Shown here: piece by piece, positions 23,009-32,083 of the stretch
Layout: every line of letters starts with the position of its first letter
Numbering within the stretch: the first letter of the stretch is position 1
Assembly: GCA_022897995.1 (NCBI GenBank)
Contig: GCA_022897995.1_4763.1
Direction: 5' to 3' (one strand)
Length of the DNA: 64,000 nucleotides
DNA from: a phage
Program-made: the position numbers and the translations under genes
Notes under the pieces: model-generated
The model's input: only the letters and a program-made list of their open reading frames with translations
Told to the model about the DNA's origin: nothing
Databases searched by the model: none

Positions 23009-24772
23009 TTATACCGGAGAAATTCCAAAGAGGAACTCTTTAATTTGTAGCGGTTGCGCTAATGCTTCTTCGGATACGCCCTTAATACGAATATCGATCC
23101 GGTCGCCCTTTTCAATATTTAGGAAAGCACTGGTAGAATAGCTAATTAATTCATCAGTTCCATAATGACCATTTCGTACCTCATGTACAATCTGACCATT
23201 TTTAGCAATACCGACTACGAAAGTAGCGTTATGTGTCGCATGTACAGAACAACGGAAAATACAACGGAATAAGCCTTTGTCGTTAACCGTAACAAGAGAT
23301 TCACTCTTAACCATTCCACGCACAGGAACTTCTGCGGTCATATCGTTTAGCGGGATTCCTTTGTATTGATCTTGTTCGTCGAGAGTAACATCAATCTGAG
23401 CGGTGTTTTTAAATGCACCAGCCGCCCACGCAACTTGGACCCATTCTCCGTGTTTGCGGAGATAGTGGAACCCATCATCAGGAACGTCTGTTACCTTGCT
23501 TGCATTTGACGTGCTCAATGCCTTAACAGTTTTCACGATCCCATCTTGTTCAAGCTGCGTGCTTCCTTCTGGATTGCCGTACATGTCGCTTGACAGCTTA
23601 ATAACCCCAGCGGTTAGACCAGAATCGCGATCGCCGATCATTTGCTCGATATCCTGTACGCTAGCTTCTAGTCGTCCCTGTGTATTTTCTACAATTTTTA
23701 GACGACCTGCGATAGTATGACGCTCACTATCAGTACCAACGGTGTTAGTTATTCGTGCAACCTCACCACGTAGGCCATCAGCACCACTAACACCGACAAT
23801 AGATTTAAGATCTACAAATTCCCGTTCTTGATTAGTCAATCGATAATCAATACTTCCAGCGGCTTGAGGATTGCCGATCTTATTTTCCAGAAGAGTTAAA
23901 CGAGGACGGATACCAGCGTCAACTCCGTTGACTTCATCATTAAGCTGTGTATAATCAGATTGTAGCTTAGTTACTTTAGTACCGATATCAGGAATTGATT
24001 CAAATAGAATCGCTTTCTTTACTTCCTGAACTTCGTTTGATATACTAGCGATATTGCGAGTGTTTGTGCGAAGACGAAGATAAACATTGTCATGTGTTGC
24101 TAGTGATGTGTCGCCTAGCTCGCTTCGCATTTTGTTAACTTGTTTTGTTAGCTCTCCAACGTCAGAATCTTGCCAGTCGTTTTCTAGTTGGTGGATTCGC
24201 TGACCGTGGTTGTTTAATGCTTCCGTATTCTGGATAACTCGATATTTGATACCGGAACCGGAACTACCTGGATCTGGGGAACCGTTGATATTGAAATTAG
24301 GGAAAGCGCCCAATTCTTGTTTGATGAAAGAAATATCATCATATATTGTTCGTGTGCTCGGATCTGCTGCCGGACGAACACCAATTTTCTTTCCTGTCTC
24401 CGCCAGTTCATCTACTGTGGTTTGTAATGTCCTTGAAGTTTCTCCTAAATTTTCAGACTCAACCTTTGCGATAGTCTGATTGACAATATCAATAATACTA
24501 CCATCAGCAACCGCGCCTAAAGTAGTTTTAATATCATTAACTGCTGTAACAACTTCGTTAACTTTTGTTACCGTTGTCTTAGAATTTTCATCCAGACGAA
24601 CAATATTTTCTTGAATCGCATAAGGGGCGCGGTTAAGCGTCCCCTCGTGTCCTGTTTCTGTGGTTGCTGCGCTTAGACATTCACCATTTTTAATCCAGCT
24701 AATAGAATGTTGTCCCTCTCCAGGGACACCATCGACGTTAGGGATCTTTCGAATGTTTAATTGTTCGATCAT
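23009..24772 (-). CDS. wac: fibritin (neck whiskers) with internal foldon-like motif and extra C-terminal domain
   Basis: 587 aa; long coiled-coil; foldon-like DGFHYLRKHGEWVQV about 140 aa before the C-terminus; T4 position between 12 and 13. Confidence 0.8.
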   Translation of the reverse strand: MIEQLNIRKIPNVDGVPGEGQHSISWIKNGECLSAATTETGHEGTLNRAPYAIQENIVRLDENSKTTVTKVNEVVTAVNDIKTTLGAVADGSIIDIVNQTIAKVESENLGETSRTLQTTVDELAETGKKIGVRPAADPSTRTIYDDISFIKQELGAFPNFNINGSPDPGSSGSGIKYRVIQNTEALNNHGQRIHQLENDWQDSDVGELTKQVNKMRSELGDTSLATHDNVYLRLRTNTRNIASISNEVQEVKKAILFESIPDIGTKVTKLQSDYTQLNDEVNGVDAGIRPRLTLLENKIGNPQAAGSIDYRLTNQEREFVDLKSIVGVSGADGLRGEVARITNTVGTDSERHTIAGRLKIVENTQGRLEASVQDIEQMIGDRDSGLTAGVIKLSSDMYGNPEGSTQLEQDGIVKTVKALSTSNASKVTDVPDDGFHYLRKHGEWVQVAWAAGAFKNTAQIDVTLDEQDQYKGIPLNDMTAEVPVRGMVKSESLVTVNDKGLFRCIFRCSVHATHNATFVVGIAKNGQIVHEVRNGHYGTDELISYSTSAFLNIEKGDRIDIRIKGVSEEALAQPLQIKEFLFGISPV

Positions 24773-26175
24773 TATTGTACCCTTATCATGTAGTTTAATG
24801 CAAGGCTTTTAACGCGAGTTTCGCCAGACGTTCTAACCTGTCTTGCGCTGTCAAAGTTAACAATACTACCCCAATCATCGCCGCCACCGTTTTTATAGTT
24901 CGTGCTCCATTGTCCTTGTGTAATTGTGAATGCCCCACCAGTCCATCCGCGCCAACGGTTAGCAACAGGAAAGTTACCTGTCATGTGTTGCATGGTGTCA
25001 TCTTGATATGTGCCATATCCACGGCCTGGGTCTAGTCCTCGACCGTGGTCGCATCCTCTAGCAACAAGCCCTCGCATATCGGGTAGAGCAAAGTTGTCTC
25101 CGCCGTCTCCGCCGTAAGTGAAACCGATTCGTGAAAATAATACTGGATATTGGTGTTTATTTAACCATTGACCGTTACAGATTTTGAATTGTGCGTGGTC
25201 GAAACTGTTAAATGCTGTAAGAATGATGCCACCAATAGGCATACAAAGACCATCCAGTTCATTTTTAATGATAAACTGGTTTCCGTCGCCTCCGCTATGA
25301 CGATAAACATCTCCGCTAACGACACCACCGCTTAGAGACAATACACGAGCATTTGCAGATAGCGCCGAGTTAGGCTCACCAGAACCTGGATTATCTGTTA
25401 GCTTAACAACACCGAATTGTCCAGTGGTTGCTTTAGTGTTTGCAAATTTTTGTGCTGATACTACTACTGTGTTGTCATTTCCGTCAATCATTTGTTGGGA
25501 TGACGCAATTTTAACAGTACCCGCCTGATTTTCATTTGCTCTTGCGTTGGAAAATGCATATGGGCTAACGGCAAATCCTTCTCTGATAGTCCCAGCAAGC
25601 GTTTGTTGGCTTGTCGCCAGTCTAACTAAACCCTCACGGGCTTCTGACGCGGTATTTTGCTCTGGAATCAATCCAGGAACAATCTGAGCAATAGCAGCGT
25701 GCATCTTTTTAGGCGTAACTGCCATAGTGTCGTCGCTACCGATTTTTGCCGCGTCCATAGAACAGATTTTAATTGTACCCTGTACGGTTTCCGTTGCCTT
25801 CTTCTTCGCGAATACGTGGGTTAATGTATCAGGACCAATTGCAATATTTGGAGTATCACCCATAGCTTCATCGTTATTAGCATAGCGAGTGATCCCTTTA
25901 ACAAATTTTGTTGCGTCCGGTCTTGACAGCTTAACAGCCAATGTTTTTGGGGTAACAATTTTAGTTCCATCCAACCCATCATCTACTTCTTTTTGAGTAG
26001 CAATTTCAGCAATACCCGCTGTTTCTTCGGTTGCCGTTGGAAGACCTGCAATAGCAAACCCCTGAATAGCGGCTAATGCCGCTTGTACATTTTTTATATT
26101 GCTAGGCCAATTTCCGGTAGGGTCAAACTTAACATACTGTGCATCGTCTTTTACGTGATTAATAGTGTTATTCAT
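24772..26175 (-). CDS. 12: short tail fiber protein gp12
   Basis: 467 aa; repeated ..TEETAGIAEIATQKE.. type N-terminal repeats; C-terminal collar-like ..FALPDMRGLVARG.. Confidence 0.85.
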   Translation of the reverse strand: MNNTINHVKDDAQYVKFDPTGNWPSNIKNVQAALAAIQGFAIAGLPTATEETAGIAEIATQKEVDDGLDGTKIVTPKTLAVKLSRPDATKFVKGITRYANNDEAMGDTPNIAIGPDTLTHVFAKKKATETVQGTIKICSMDAAKIGSDDTMAVTPKKMHAAIAQIVPGLIPEQNTASEAREGLVRLATSQQTLAGTIREGFAVSPYAFSNARANENQAGTVKIASSQQMIDGNDNTVVVSAQKFANTKATTGQFGVVKLTDNPGSGEPNSALSANARVLSLSGGVVSGDVYRHSGGDGNQFIIKNELDGLCMPIGGIILTAFNSFDHAQFKICNGQWLNKHQYPVLFSRIGFTYGGDGGDNFALPDMRGLVARGCDHGRGLDPGRGYGTYQDDTMQHMTGNFPVANRWRGWTGGAFTITQGQWSTNYKNGGGDDWGSIVNFDSARQVRTSGETRVKSLALNYMIRVQ

Positions 26176-26185
26176 AATTTACACC

Positions 26186-26830
26186 TTACGCAATACGCTT
26201 AAAATAAAATAGTGTTGAACCAAATTTTTCTTCCGTTCCCATTCTGGACCATGCACCATAACCATAACGAGCAGGGGAATTTATTTCCCCACGAACGCTA
26301 ATACCATATTTTTCTACGACCGTTGCTTCGTGTGCATTTGAATCAATATACTGAATCTCTATTTTATCATTACCAGTACCTTTCCGTTCAACTTTAGAGA
26401 ATAAGATACTTTTGTCTTTCAATTCAGTAAATTTTTCTGCAACTGCCTCACACAATGCAAGATTCGATGTTCCAACATTAACAACAAATGGATAACCCAA
26501 AACTTCAATTACAACTTTTTTCGCGGCTGGATCGTGTTTATTTGTTACCGTTCCAGTGAAGGACAGAGTTTCTATTTGTCCTGCCGCTTCCGGTGGAGTT
26601 GAATTTGTAGTTACCAATACATCACCAACATTAAGCATAGAAATGCTATACAAATCATCAATAGCTGATTGTACGTTATTAATAAAAGAACCTTTGCGAG
26701 ATTGGTCTACGTTTAATCCACCGATTGGGCGAATGTCACCAATAATGGGGTCTTTCGACCCCGGATCGTATGAAATGAATGCTGCGTCGCTAGAAAATAC
26801 GCTTGCTTTAGAACGTGTTTTAGAAATCAT
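26186..26830 (-). CDS. 11: baseplate wedge subunit and tail pin gp11
   Basis: 214 aa; synteny 10-11-12. Confidence 0.8.
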   Translation of the reverse strand: MISKTRSKASVFSSDAAFISYDPGSKDPIIGDIRPIGGLNVDQSRKGSFINNVQSAIDDLYSISMLNVGDVLVTTNSTPPEAAGQIETLSFTGTVTNKHDPAAKKVVIEVLGYPFVVNVGTSNLALCEAVAEKFTELKDKSILFSKVERKGTGNDKIEIQYIDSNAHEATVVEKYGISVRGEINSPARYGYGAWSRMGTEEKFGSTLFYFKRIA

Positions 26831-26831
26831 A

Positions 26832-28634
26832 TTAACCTACCCTTAACCAGCGATGAACGGTGCGATATGGAGGAAGAATACCCATCATTGATGGATCAGC
26901 ATTTCCAGAATTAACTTTTACGATATCCTCTCTATATTTCGTAAACGCTGGACCTGCCGCATCAGGATCAACTTGGCAGCCACCAATGATAATTGACCCT
27001 GTATCGTCTTTCACCAAAACACGATCGCTGGATTGTAATTCAGGAATCATATCTTTCTTGATTTGATAGGCAACTTCACCACCAGTACCACCAGCGGTGT
27101 GTGTAGGTTGTCCATGAATATCAAGATCGTTATTGTTTAATGCAAAATTCTGGTCGCTGGCATCGGAAGACCAACCAGCAAGAAATTCTCCTTCCGCATA
27201 CCGAACCCAGATACCAAACCCCATATAGGTCGCTGGGTTAGCTGGGTTATGTGCGTTTTCGTATATCGTGCCGACCGGATGGAAAATATCAAACAGTGAA
27301 TATATATCCATAATTCGACCTGAATACTCTTCTGCTGGACGAGTGTTTTTCTGGCTAGGATTCTGGAAGTCTGTATATTCAATTTGTTTTGTTAAATTAA
27401 CTTCGTCTTCATTATTGAGATAAATCTTGTCTGCTTTTTCTTTAATTCCGCCGACACCATCCCATTCTAATAGAGTTCCGATATCGTTATTAAACCAACG
27501 AATTGTTATAGTATCTCTATTGTCCAACGCTTTAGCTAATTTAATCCCTGTTACAATGCTATTCTCATCAAATACCAGTGAATAATCTTCTCCAGACTGT
27601 ACCCACTGACCGCCAGCAAGTGCGCAACTCTCTTCGGTTTCTCCGTCAGCACCTTCACAGACAAACGAAGGAAGATCAGCATCACCAGCTTTAATCATTT
27701 GAGTACCATTTATTAATAACTCAAATGAATTTGGGTTAATTATATCACGTTTACTAACGCCCAAATCAGCATTGGTAAATTCTTTTTTCTTCGATAAATC
27801 ACCCACCCACACTTCACCAGGAATAGTTTCGAGTGCTGTCATTCCGGTATCATATACTCTAATTGTGTGCGTGATATAACTAGATCGGAATGATGCAATC
27901 CCGTCCATATATGTAATAATTTGAACGGTGTCACCAGCCGAACAAGGAAAACGAAGTTTTATGCTTTTGCCATCAAGTTCAACAAGTGATCCATCCTCAC
28001 CGATTGAACCGTAGTTAGAGTCATTACTAAAAGACTTGCCATAATATAAAAGGTTTCCTCGATAATATACTTCAACATTTCGAGTGTTATATGTGTTAGA
28101 ACCAAATACATTAGGGAAATCTGTTTGCCCTTCTGTGGCAATATAAACTTCCTTAGCTACTGTGCTTAGATCAGACGTGGTGATCGTGTCAACTCGCTTG
28201 TTTTCGATATATTCCCAGCGTCCAGGCGCACAATAAACCAATTCAACATCCATGAAATCTTTATACAATTCTCGGTCGATTGGTGATCCTTTAATTGTAT
28301 CGCCTTGTGCTGGCTTAAGTGTTACGTTATGAGACGCCCAAGAGCGCCAAACATCACGAAGTTTAATTGTCTTGTTATAATCACCAACTCCACCTTTAGG
28401 AAGCTCTACCGACACCGCGTTGTTTGTTGTATTGATAGCCCACGCATCACCAAAATTAGGCTTTAATAATGGATCTGTGTGCGTTTTCCATGCACCGGAT
28501 GCGTGGGGGGTATCGCCATCCCCCAGCTTAGTATAAAGTTCAGAAAAGTTGTCGTTGATCTTTTGACCGCCTTTTCTTAGATAATCACCCGTACCGTCAT
28601 CTACAACGTTACCGATATTAATTAATTGTTTCAT
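26832..28634 (-). CDS. 10: baseplate wedge subunit and tail pin gp10
   Basis: 600 aa; N-terminus GNVVDDGTGDYLRKGGQKINDNF shared with gp9/gp12 N-termini as in T4. Confidence 0.85.
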   Translation of the reverse strand: MKQLINIGNVVDDGTGDYLRKGGQKINDNFSELYTKLGDGDTPHASGAWKTHTDPLLKPNFGDAWAINTTNNAVSVELPKGGVGDYNKTIKLRDVWRSWASHNVTLKPAQGDTIKGSPIDRELYKDFMDVELVYCAPGRWEYIENKRVDTITTSDLSTVAKEVYIATEGQTDFPNVFGSNTYNTRNVEVYYRGNLLYYGKSFSNDSNYGSIGEDGSLVELDGKSIKLRFPCSAGDTVQIITYMDGIASFRSSYITHTIRVYDTGMTALETIPGEVWVGDLSKKKEFTNADLGVSKRDIINPNSFELLINGTQMIKAGDADLPSFVCEGADGETEESCALAGGQWVQSGEDYSLVFDENSIVTGIKLAKALDNRDTITIRWFNNDIGTLLEWDGVGGIKEKADKIYLNNEDEVNLTKQIEYTDFQNPSQKNTRPAEEYSGRIMDIYSLFDIFHPVGTIYENAHNPANPATYMGFGIWVRYAEGEFLAGWSSDASDQNFALNNNDLDIHGQPTHTAGGTGGEVAYQIKKDMIPELQSSDRVLVKDDTGSIIIGGCQVDPDAAGPAFTKYREDIVKVNSGNADPSMMGILPPYRTVHRWLRVG

Positions 28635-29485
28635 GTAGCAACCCCGATTTTAATAGTGTCTGTGGCTTTAACTGCTAAACGAATATTTTCGCCAGTAGCC
28701 TTATACTCTGCATATACTTTATCGCCGGAACCAATGAAATAACGAACCGTGTATAATTCGTCTTCTGTTTTCTGTAAAACCGCATATTCTGTCGCGTAAA
28801 CTTTTCCGGCTCTGGCATCAATCATCAATAGAGTTTCGCTTGAGCGCATTTTTGAACCCGTCGTATTGCTAGCGGTTGTTAGTAGTTTAATTGATACATA
28901 TTCTGTTTTTGCTGCAATAGCAACGTTGGTTGCAACTCCAGTTACATTAACTGTCCTATCTAGTGGTGTGGTTGTGTCGGTAAACATACTTTCGATGCCC
29001 AGCCGCCAGGTAACTCTACTACCTTCGACGGCAGTACACCAGACGGTGACTTTTGAGAAAGGTTGAGTTATTACCGCGTCACCGGAATACCCGCTAATAG
29101 AATCTCCTGCTTGAGTTCTAATGTTTAGTGGTGTTGTTGCCGAAAAGCTACCGTTACTATTTATGAACACAACACCCTCACCAACTTTAGCTTTAGGAAG
29201 GATTGCTATTAATGCGCCTTGAGTTGTGTCAATATCATGCAGACTGCCAATCTCTACCGCCGTTCCTGCATAATTTTGTCGTGGGTGTTTCTGATAGTAT
29301 CCAGTGGCATGAATAACCATTCGACCAGCACCATGATCAATCTCTTTTAGACGTTGGTCCGCAAATGCGTCATAGATCGAATCAAAGTTATCATTAATTT
29401 TAACGCCACCGTCATATAAGATATCACCAGTCGATGGATTGCCGACTGTGCCAGTGTCTATTCTTTTCTTTGGAACTTGTGCCAT
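28631..29485 (-). CDS. 9: baseplate wedge tail fiber connector gp9
   Basis: 284 aa; ..KRIDTGTVGNPSTGDILYDGGVKINDNF.. matches T4 gp9. Confidence 0.85.
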   Translation of the reverse strand: MAQVPKKRIDTGTVGNPSTGDILYDGGVKINDNFDSIYDAFADQRLKEIDHGAGRMVIHATGYYQKHPRQNYAGTAVEIGSLHDIDTTQGALIAILPKAKVGEGVVFINSNGSFSATTPLNIRTQAGDSISGYSGDAVITQPFSKVTVWCTAVEGSRVTWRLGIESMFTDTTTPLDRTVNVTGVATNVAIAAKTEYVSIKLLTTASNTTGSKMRSSETLLMIDARAGKVYATEYAVLQKTEDELYTVRYFIGSGDKVYAEYKATGENIRLAVKATDTIKIGVAT

Positions 29486-29512
29486 TGTTTAATTCCTCAT
29501 GTTATGATGTAT

Positions 29513-29520
29513 TATTTATA
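29513..29520 (-). promoter_or_regulatory. T4-type late promoter (TATAAATA) for gene 9
   Basis: Plus-strand TATTTATA 29513-29520, 28 nt upstream of ATG 29485. Confidence 0.55.
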
Positions 29521-29530
29521 AAATACATAC

Positions 29531-29558
29531 AAAAAAGCCGCCCACGAGGACGGCTTAT
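29531..29558 (-). terminator. intrinsic terminator ending the methyltransferase cassette (minus strand)
   Basis: AAGCCGTCC-TCGT-GGGCGGCTT hairpin plus T6 on the minus strand, directly after stop 29561. Confidence 0.65.
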
Positions 29559-29560
29559 AA

Positions 29561-30400
29561 TTAAATGTCAAACAAGTCTGAGAGCGTCCCAGACGCTGTT
29601 TCCTGTTTCGGTAAGGTAATCTCCTTACTTTCTTCTATTTGTTCGTTAGGACGCGATTTAGGCGCTTCTACGGCTTCTTTCTCGTAATACCGAACCTCAA
29701 CCACTTCTGTTAAAACGTTGGTATTATGCCATTCATCGCGATAGACTGATGTATCGATCCCACATCCGGCATAAGTCACCAAACCAGTTTGTTTGCTCCA
29801 TTTTAGATATTTATTAGACTTCACTGATTCATCATAATAAGGTCTGCCGGAATAGGCAAAACCAGCGGAACTAGAAGGAACAATAAAGTAACCTACATCG
29901 GCAAACTTCTGGCCTAACGTCATAACCTTAAATTCAAACTCACCGCCAGTATATTCAAATACATCCTTTGTGTTGGTAGTATTGATTTTCCCGAAAGGTG
30001 GATTGCTAATTACAACATCGAATTTCTCGTTTGACTCAAATTCGAATACATCGCTGGTGATCCATTCTGCCTCCGGTAATAGTCGCTTGCCAATCCGCGC
30101 AAATTCTGGATTGAGTTCGACGCATACGATCTTTTCTGGCTTACAACGATGCAACATACAAAAAGATAAACGACCGATCCCAGCACAAAGGTCCAATACT
30201 TTTCCGGTGCAGTGTGCGTCAATGGTAAAATCCCAGGCAAGCCATTCTGGGGTAAAGAATGCACCGGAACCACCTAGCCCATCGCCATGATAGTTATTAT
30301 AGCAAAATTCTTTTTCTTCAAATGTCAATGGACGATCTGAATTAATCAACTCCATTGCTCGGTCGTGTAATTTTTGTTCTTGTTTAGAAAGTCGTGCCAT
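29561..30400 (-). CDS. putative gamma-class N6-adenine methyltransferase (TaqI-like motif order)
   Basis: 279 aa; GAFFTP (motif X), VLDLCAGIGRL (motif I, SAM binding), VISNPPFG (motif IV); start overlaps upstream stop (TAATG). Confidence 0.55.
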   Translation of the reverse strand: MARLSKQEQKLHDRAMELINSDRPLTFEEKEFCYNNYHGDGLGGSGAFFTPEWLAWDFTIDAHCTGKVLDLCAGIGRLSFCMLHRCKPEKIVCVELNPEFARIGKRLLPEAEWITSDVFEFESNEKFDVVISNPPFGKINTTNTKDVFEYTGGEFEFKVMTLGQKFADVGYFIVPSSSAGFAYSGRPYYDESVKSNKYLKWSKQTGLVTYAGCGIDTSVYRDEWHNTNVLTEVVEVRYYEKEAVEAPKSRPNEQIEESKEITLPKQETASGTLSDLFDI

Positions 30401-30732
30401 TATTTAACCTTTGCTGTGACGGTAACGCTATGCCCCAGATAAGTATGAGACATAAAGAATACATAGTCCTTAAATTGCTGATTCTTACGAATCCATCGCT
30501 TCAATTTTCGAATGCAAGTTATACGATGGTCATAATTAGAATAACTAAATTCAATACCCTGTTTCATCATCTCGTGCATTTCTTCGTATGTGTGCCATTG
30601 GTTATCATGTTTACAAAACCAATGAGTACCATAGAGTTTAGGATCTTGTGCACGTAGACCATAGTAATGCTTTTGCATTGGGAACTTAGCTTTATTCATT
30701 GTGTAATGCAGTTTAATATTTACGCGTGCCAT
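30400..30732 (-). CDS. hypothetical protein (110 aa), cassette gene 2
   Basis: GGAG RBS then ATG 30732; translationally coupled to the methyltransferase gene. Confidence 0.5.
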   Translation of the reverse strand: MARVNIKLHYTMNKAKFPMQKHYYGLRAQDPKLYGTHWFCKHDNQWHTYEEMHEMMKQGIEFSYSNYDHRITCIRKLKRWIRKNQQFKDYVFFMSHTYLGHSVTVTAKVK

Positions 30733-30977
30733 TTTCTATCACTCCACATACCGAAAGTTGGATTATATACAAAATGTATAGCTTCATCAATAGTCTTGAA
30801 TCGTTTAGTTACGTTAGCGCAATTAATACCCTCCCACAATTCATCGGTGTAATCGGCTAGTGATGAATGAGTATGATCGATAATCTCTCCGATCTTTTCA
30901 CCGTTCGCGATCACATCCCAACCGCAAGGGGATACCTGAATTGCTTCACAATTATCTGTAAATTTACGATGTGCCAT
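30720..30977 (-). CDS. hypothetical protein (85 aa), cassette gene 1
   Basis: GGAGG RBS 8 nt upstream of ATG 30977; sigma70-type promoter immediately upstream. Confidence 0.5.
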   Translation of the reverse strand: MAHRKFTDNCEAIQVSPCGWDVIANGEKIGEIIDHTHSSLADYTDELWEGINCANVTKRFKTIDEAIHFVYNPTFGMWSDRKWHA

Positions 30978-31006
30978 AATTTATCCTCCGTTGTTTAGAT
31001 GTGAGC

Positions 31007-31034
31007 ATTATACCTTACCAGACAAGATTGTCAA
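31007..31034 (-). promoter_or_regulatory. sigma70-type (early) promoter on the minus strand driving the methyltransferase cassette
   Basis: Minus strand reads TTGACA (plus 31029-31034), 16-bp spacer, TATAAT (plus 31007-31012). Confidence 0.6.
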
Positions 31035-31046
31035 CACCCAAAATGT

Positions 31047-31076
31047 AAAAAGCCAACTCTCTCGAATTGGCTTTTA
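31047..31076 (-). terminator. terminator-like hairpin downstream of gene 8 (minus strand)
   Basis: AAAAGCCAA-TTCGAGAGAG-TTGGCTTTT inverted repeat 12 nt after gp8 stop. Confidence 0.5.
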
Positions 31077-31087
31077 AAATCATACAC

Positions 31088-32083
31088 TTAGAACTCAAAC
31101 AATACAGAAACAAGTTCTGTTTGATCTAATGACCGAACGATAGGTTGTCGGTTTTCCATGTAGATCATTTCTCCTGAGTGTGGCTCTAAGTCTTGCGGAC
31201 GGTACTTATCTTTAACCGCTTTAACGTCTGGATCGCTAGGGCGTGCTTTCTTTTCCAATGGGTTAAGGATAATGCTTAACTGACGGAAACCAGTATTACC
31301 CACTAACGCGGTAGTTGGGAATTGCGCAGAGTCCATATAAGCCTGAAAACGCAAAGTTACTACTTTCAGCCGATAAAGCAGATTATAGTCATTATACCAG
31401 GTGATCACATTGTCATAGCCCCAACGCGCCGGATCTTGTCTCAATTCATCCGGGAATGGAACAACAATATGTTCATTGGTGCAACGGTTGATCGCCGCAT
31501 CAGGCGGAATTGTGTACAAATATTCCCAACGATAACCGTCACCCATATCAATAGAATCGCCTTTCCCTACTGGTGGCGCTATTGATTCATGAGTAGGGGT
31601 CCATTTTCCACCCAATTTCAAACACTCTACTTTTGCGTCAATGCTTGAAATAGAACAATAACCGCGATCAGGAACATCTGTCACTCGATATACCATCCAA
31701 CCACTACCAACATCTGTACGGTTATATGGTGCTGAGTTTACGACAACAATGTCATTGATAAAGAACGTGCGCGGGTTATCCTGTCCGGTATCACCCCAAT
31801 CTTTACGAGGGATAACCGCATCAAGAAGTGATTTGTTAATCTTAACCGCCCCCATCATATGGGTCCACATGTCAACAACACCAGCCGTTGAATCGGTCGG
31901 ATAAGGTGGGGCAAAGCCCACCTCTTTTTCGTTTTCTGACCACGGCTCCGAACGTCCAAACGTTCCATAAATTGTAATTTGATTTGCTCCATCGCCTACA
32001 GAATTATAGAAATTCAGAAGTTTCTCTGTCCTGAATTTGCTAGTAATGATTGAGCGATAGATCACACTATTTTCATTAGCCAT
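31088..32083 (-). CDS. 8: baseplate wedge subunit gp8
   Basis: 331 aa; ..SVIYRSIITSKFRTEKLLNFYNS..HSGEMIYMENR.. matches T4 gp8. Confidence 0.9.
   Translation of the reverse strand: MANENSVIYRSIITSKFRTEKLLNFYNSVGDGANQITIYGTFGRSEPWSENEKEVGFAPPYPTDSTAGVVDMWTHMMGAVKINKSLLDAVIPRKDWGDTGQDNPRTFFINDIVVVNSAPYNRTDVGSGWMVYRVTDVPDRGYCSISSIDAKVECLKLGGKWTPTHESIAPPVGKGDSIDMGDGYRWEYLYTIPPDAAINRCTNEHIVVPFPDELRQDPARWGYDNVITWYNDYNLLYRLKVVTLRFQAYMDSAQFPTTALVGNTGFRQLSIILNPLEKKARPSDPDVKAVKDKYRPQDLEPHSGEMIYMENRQPIVRSLDQTELVSVLFEF

Noticed and set aside
29561-30400. The methyltransferase as a T4 Dam ortholog
   Set aside because: T4 Dam is an alpha-class DPPY enzyme at a different locus; this protein has gamma-class motif order with NPPF and sits in an inserted cassette.
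29531-31076. The 8-9 insertion as a prophage-like integration with integrase and att sites
   Set aside because: No integrase, transposase or flanking direct repeats seen; boundaries coincide with a promoter and terminators, consistent with promoter-cassette shuffling.
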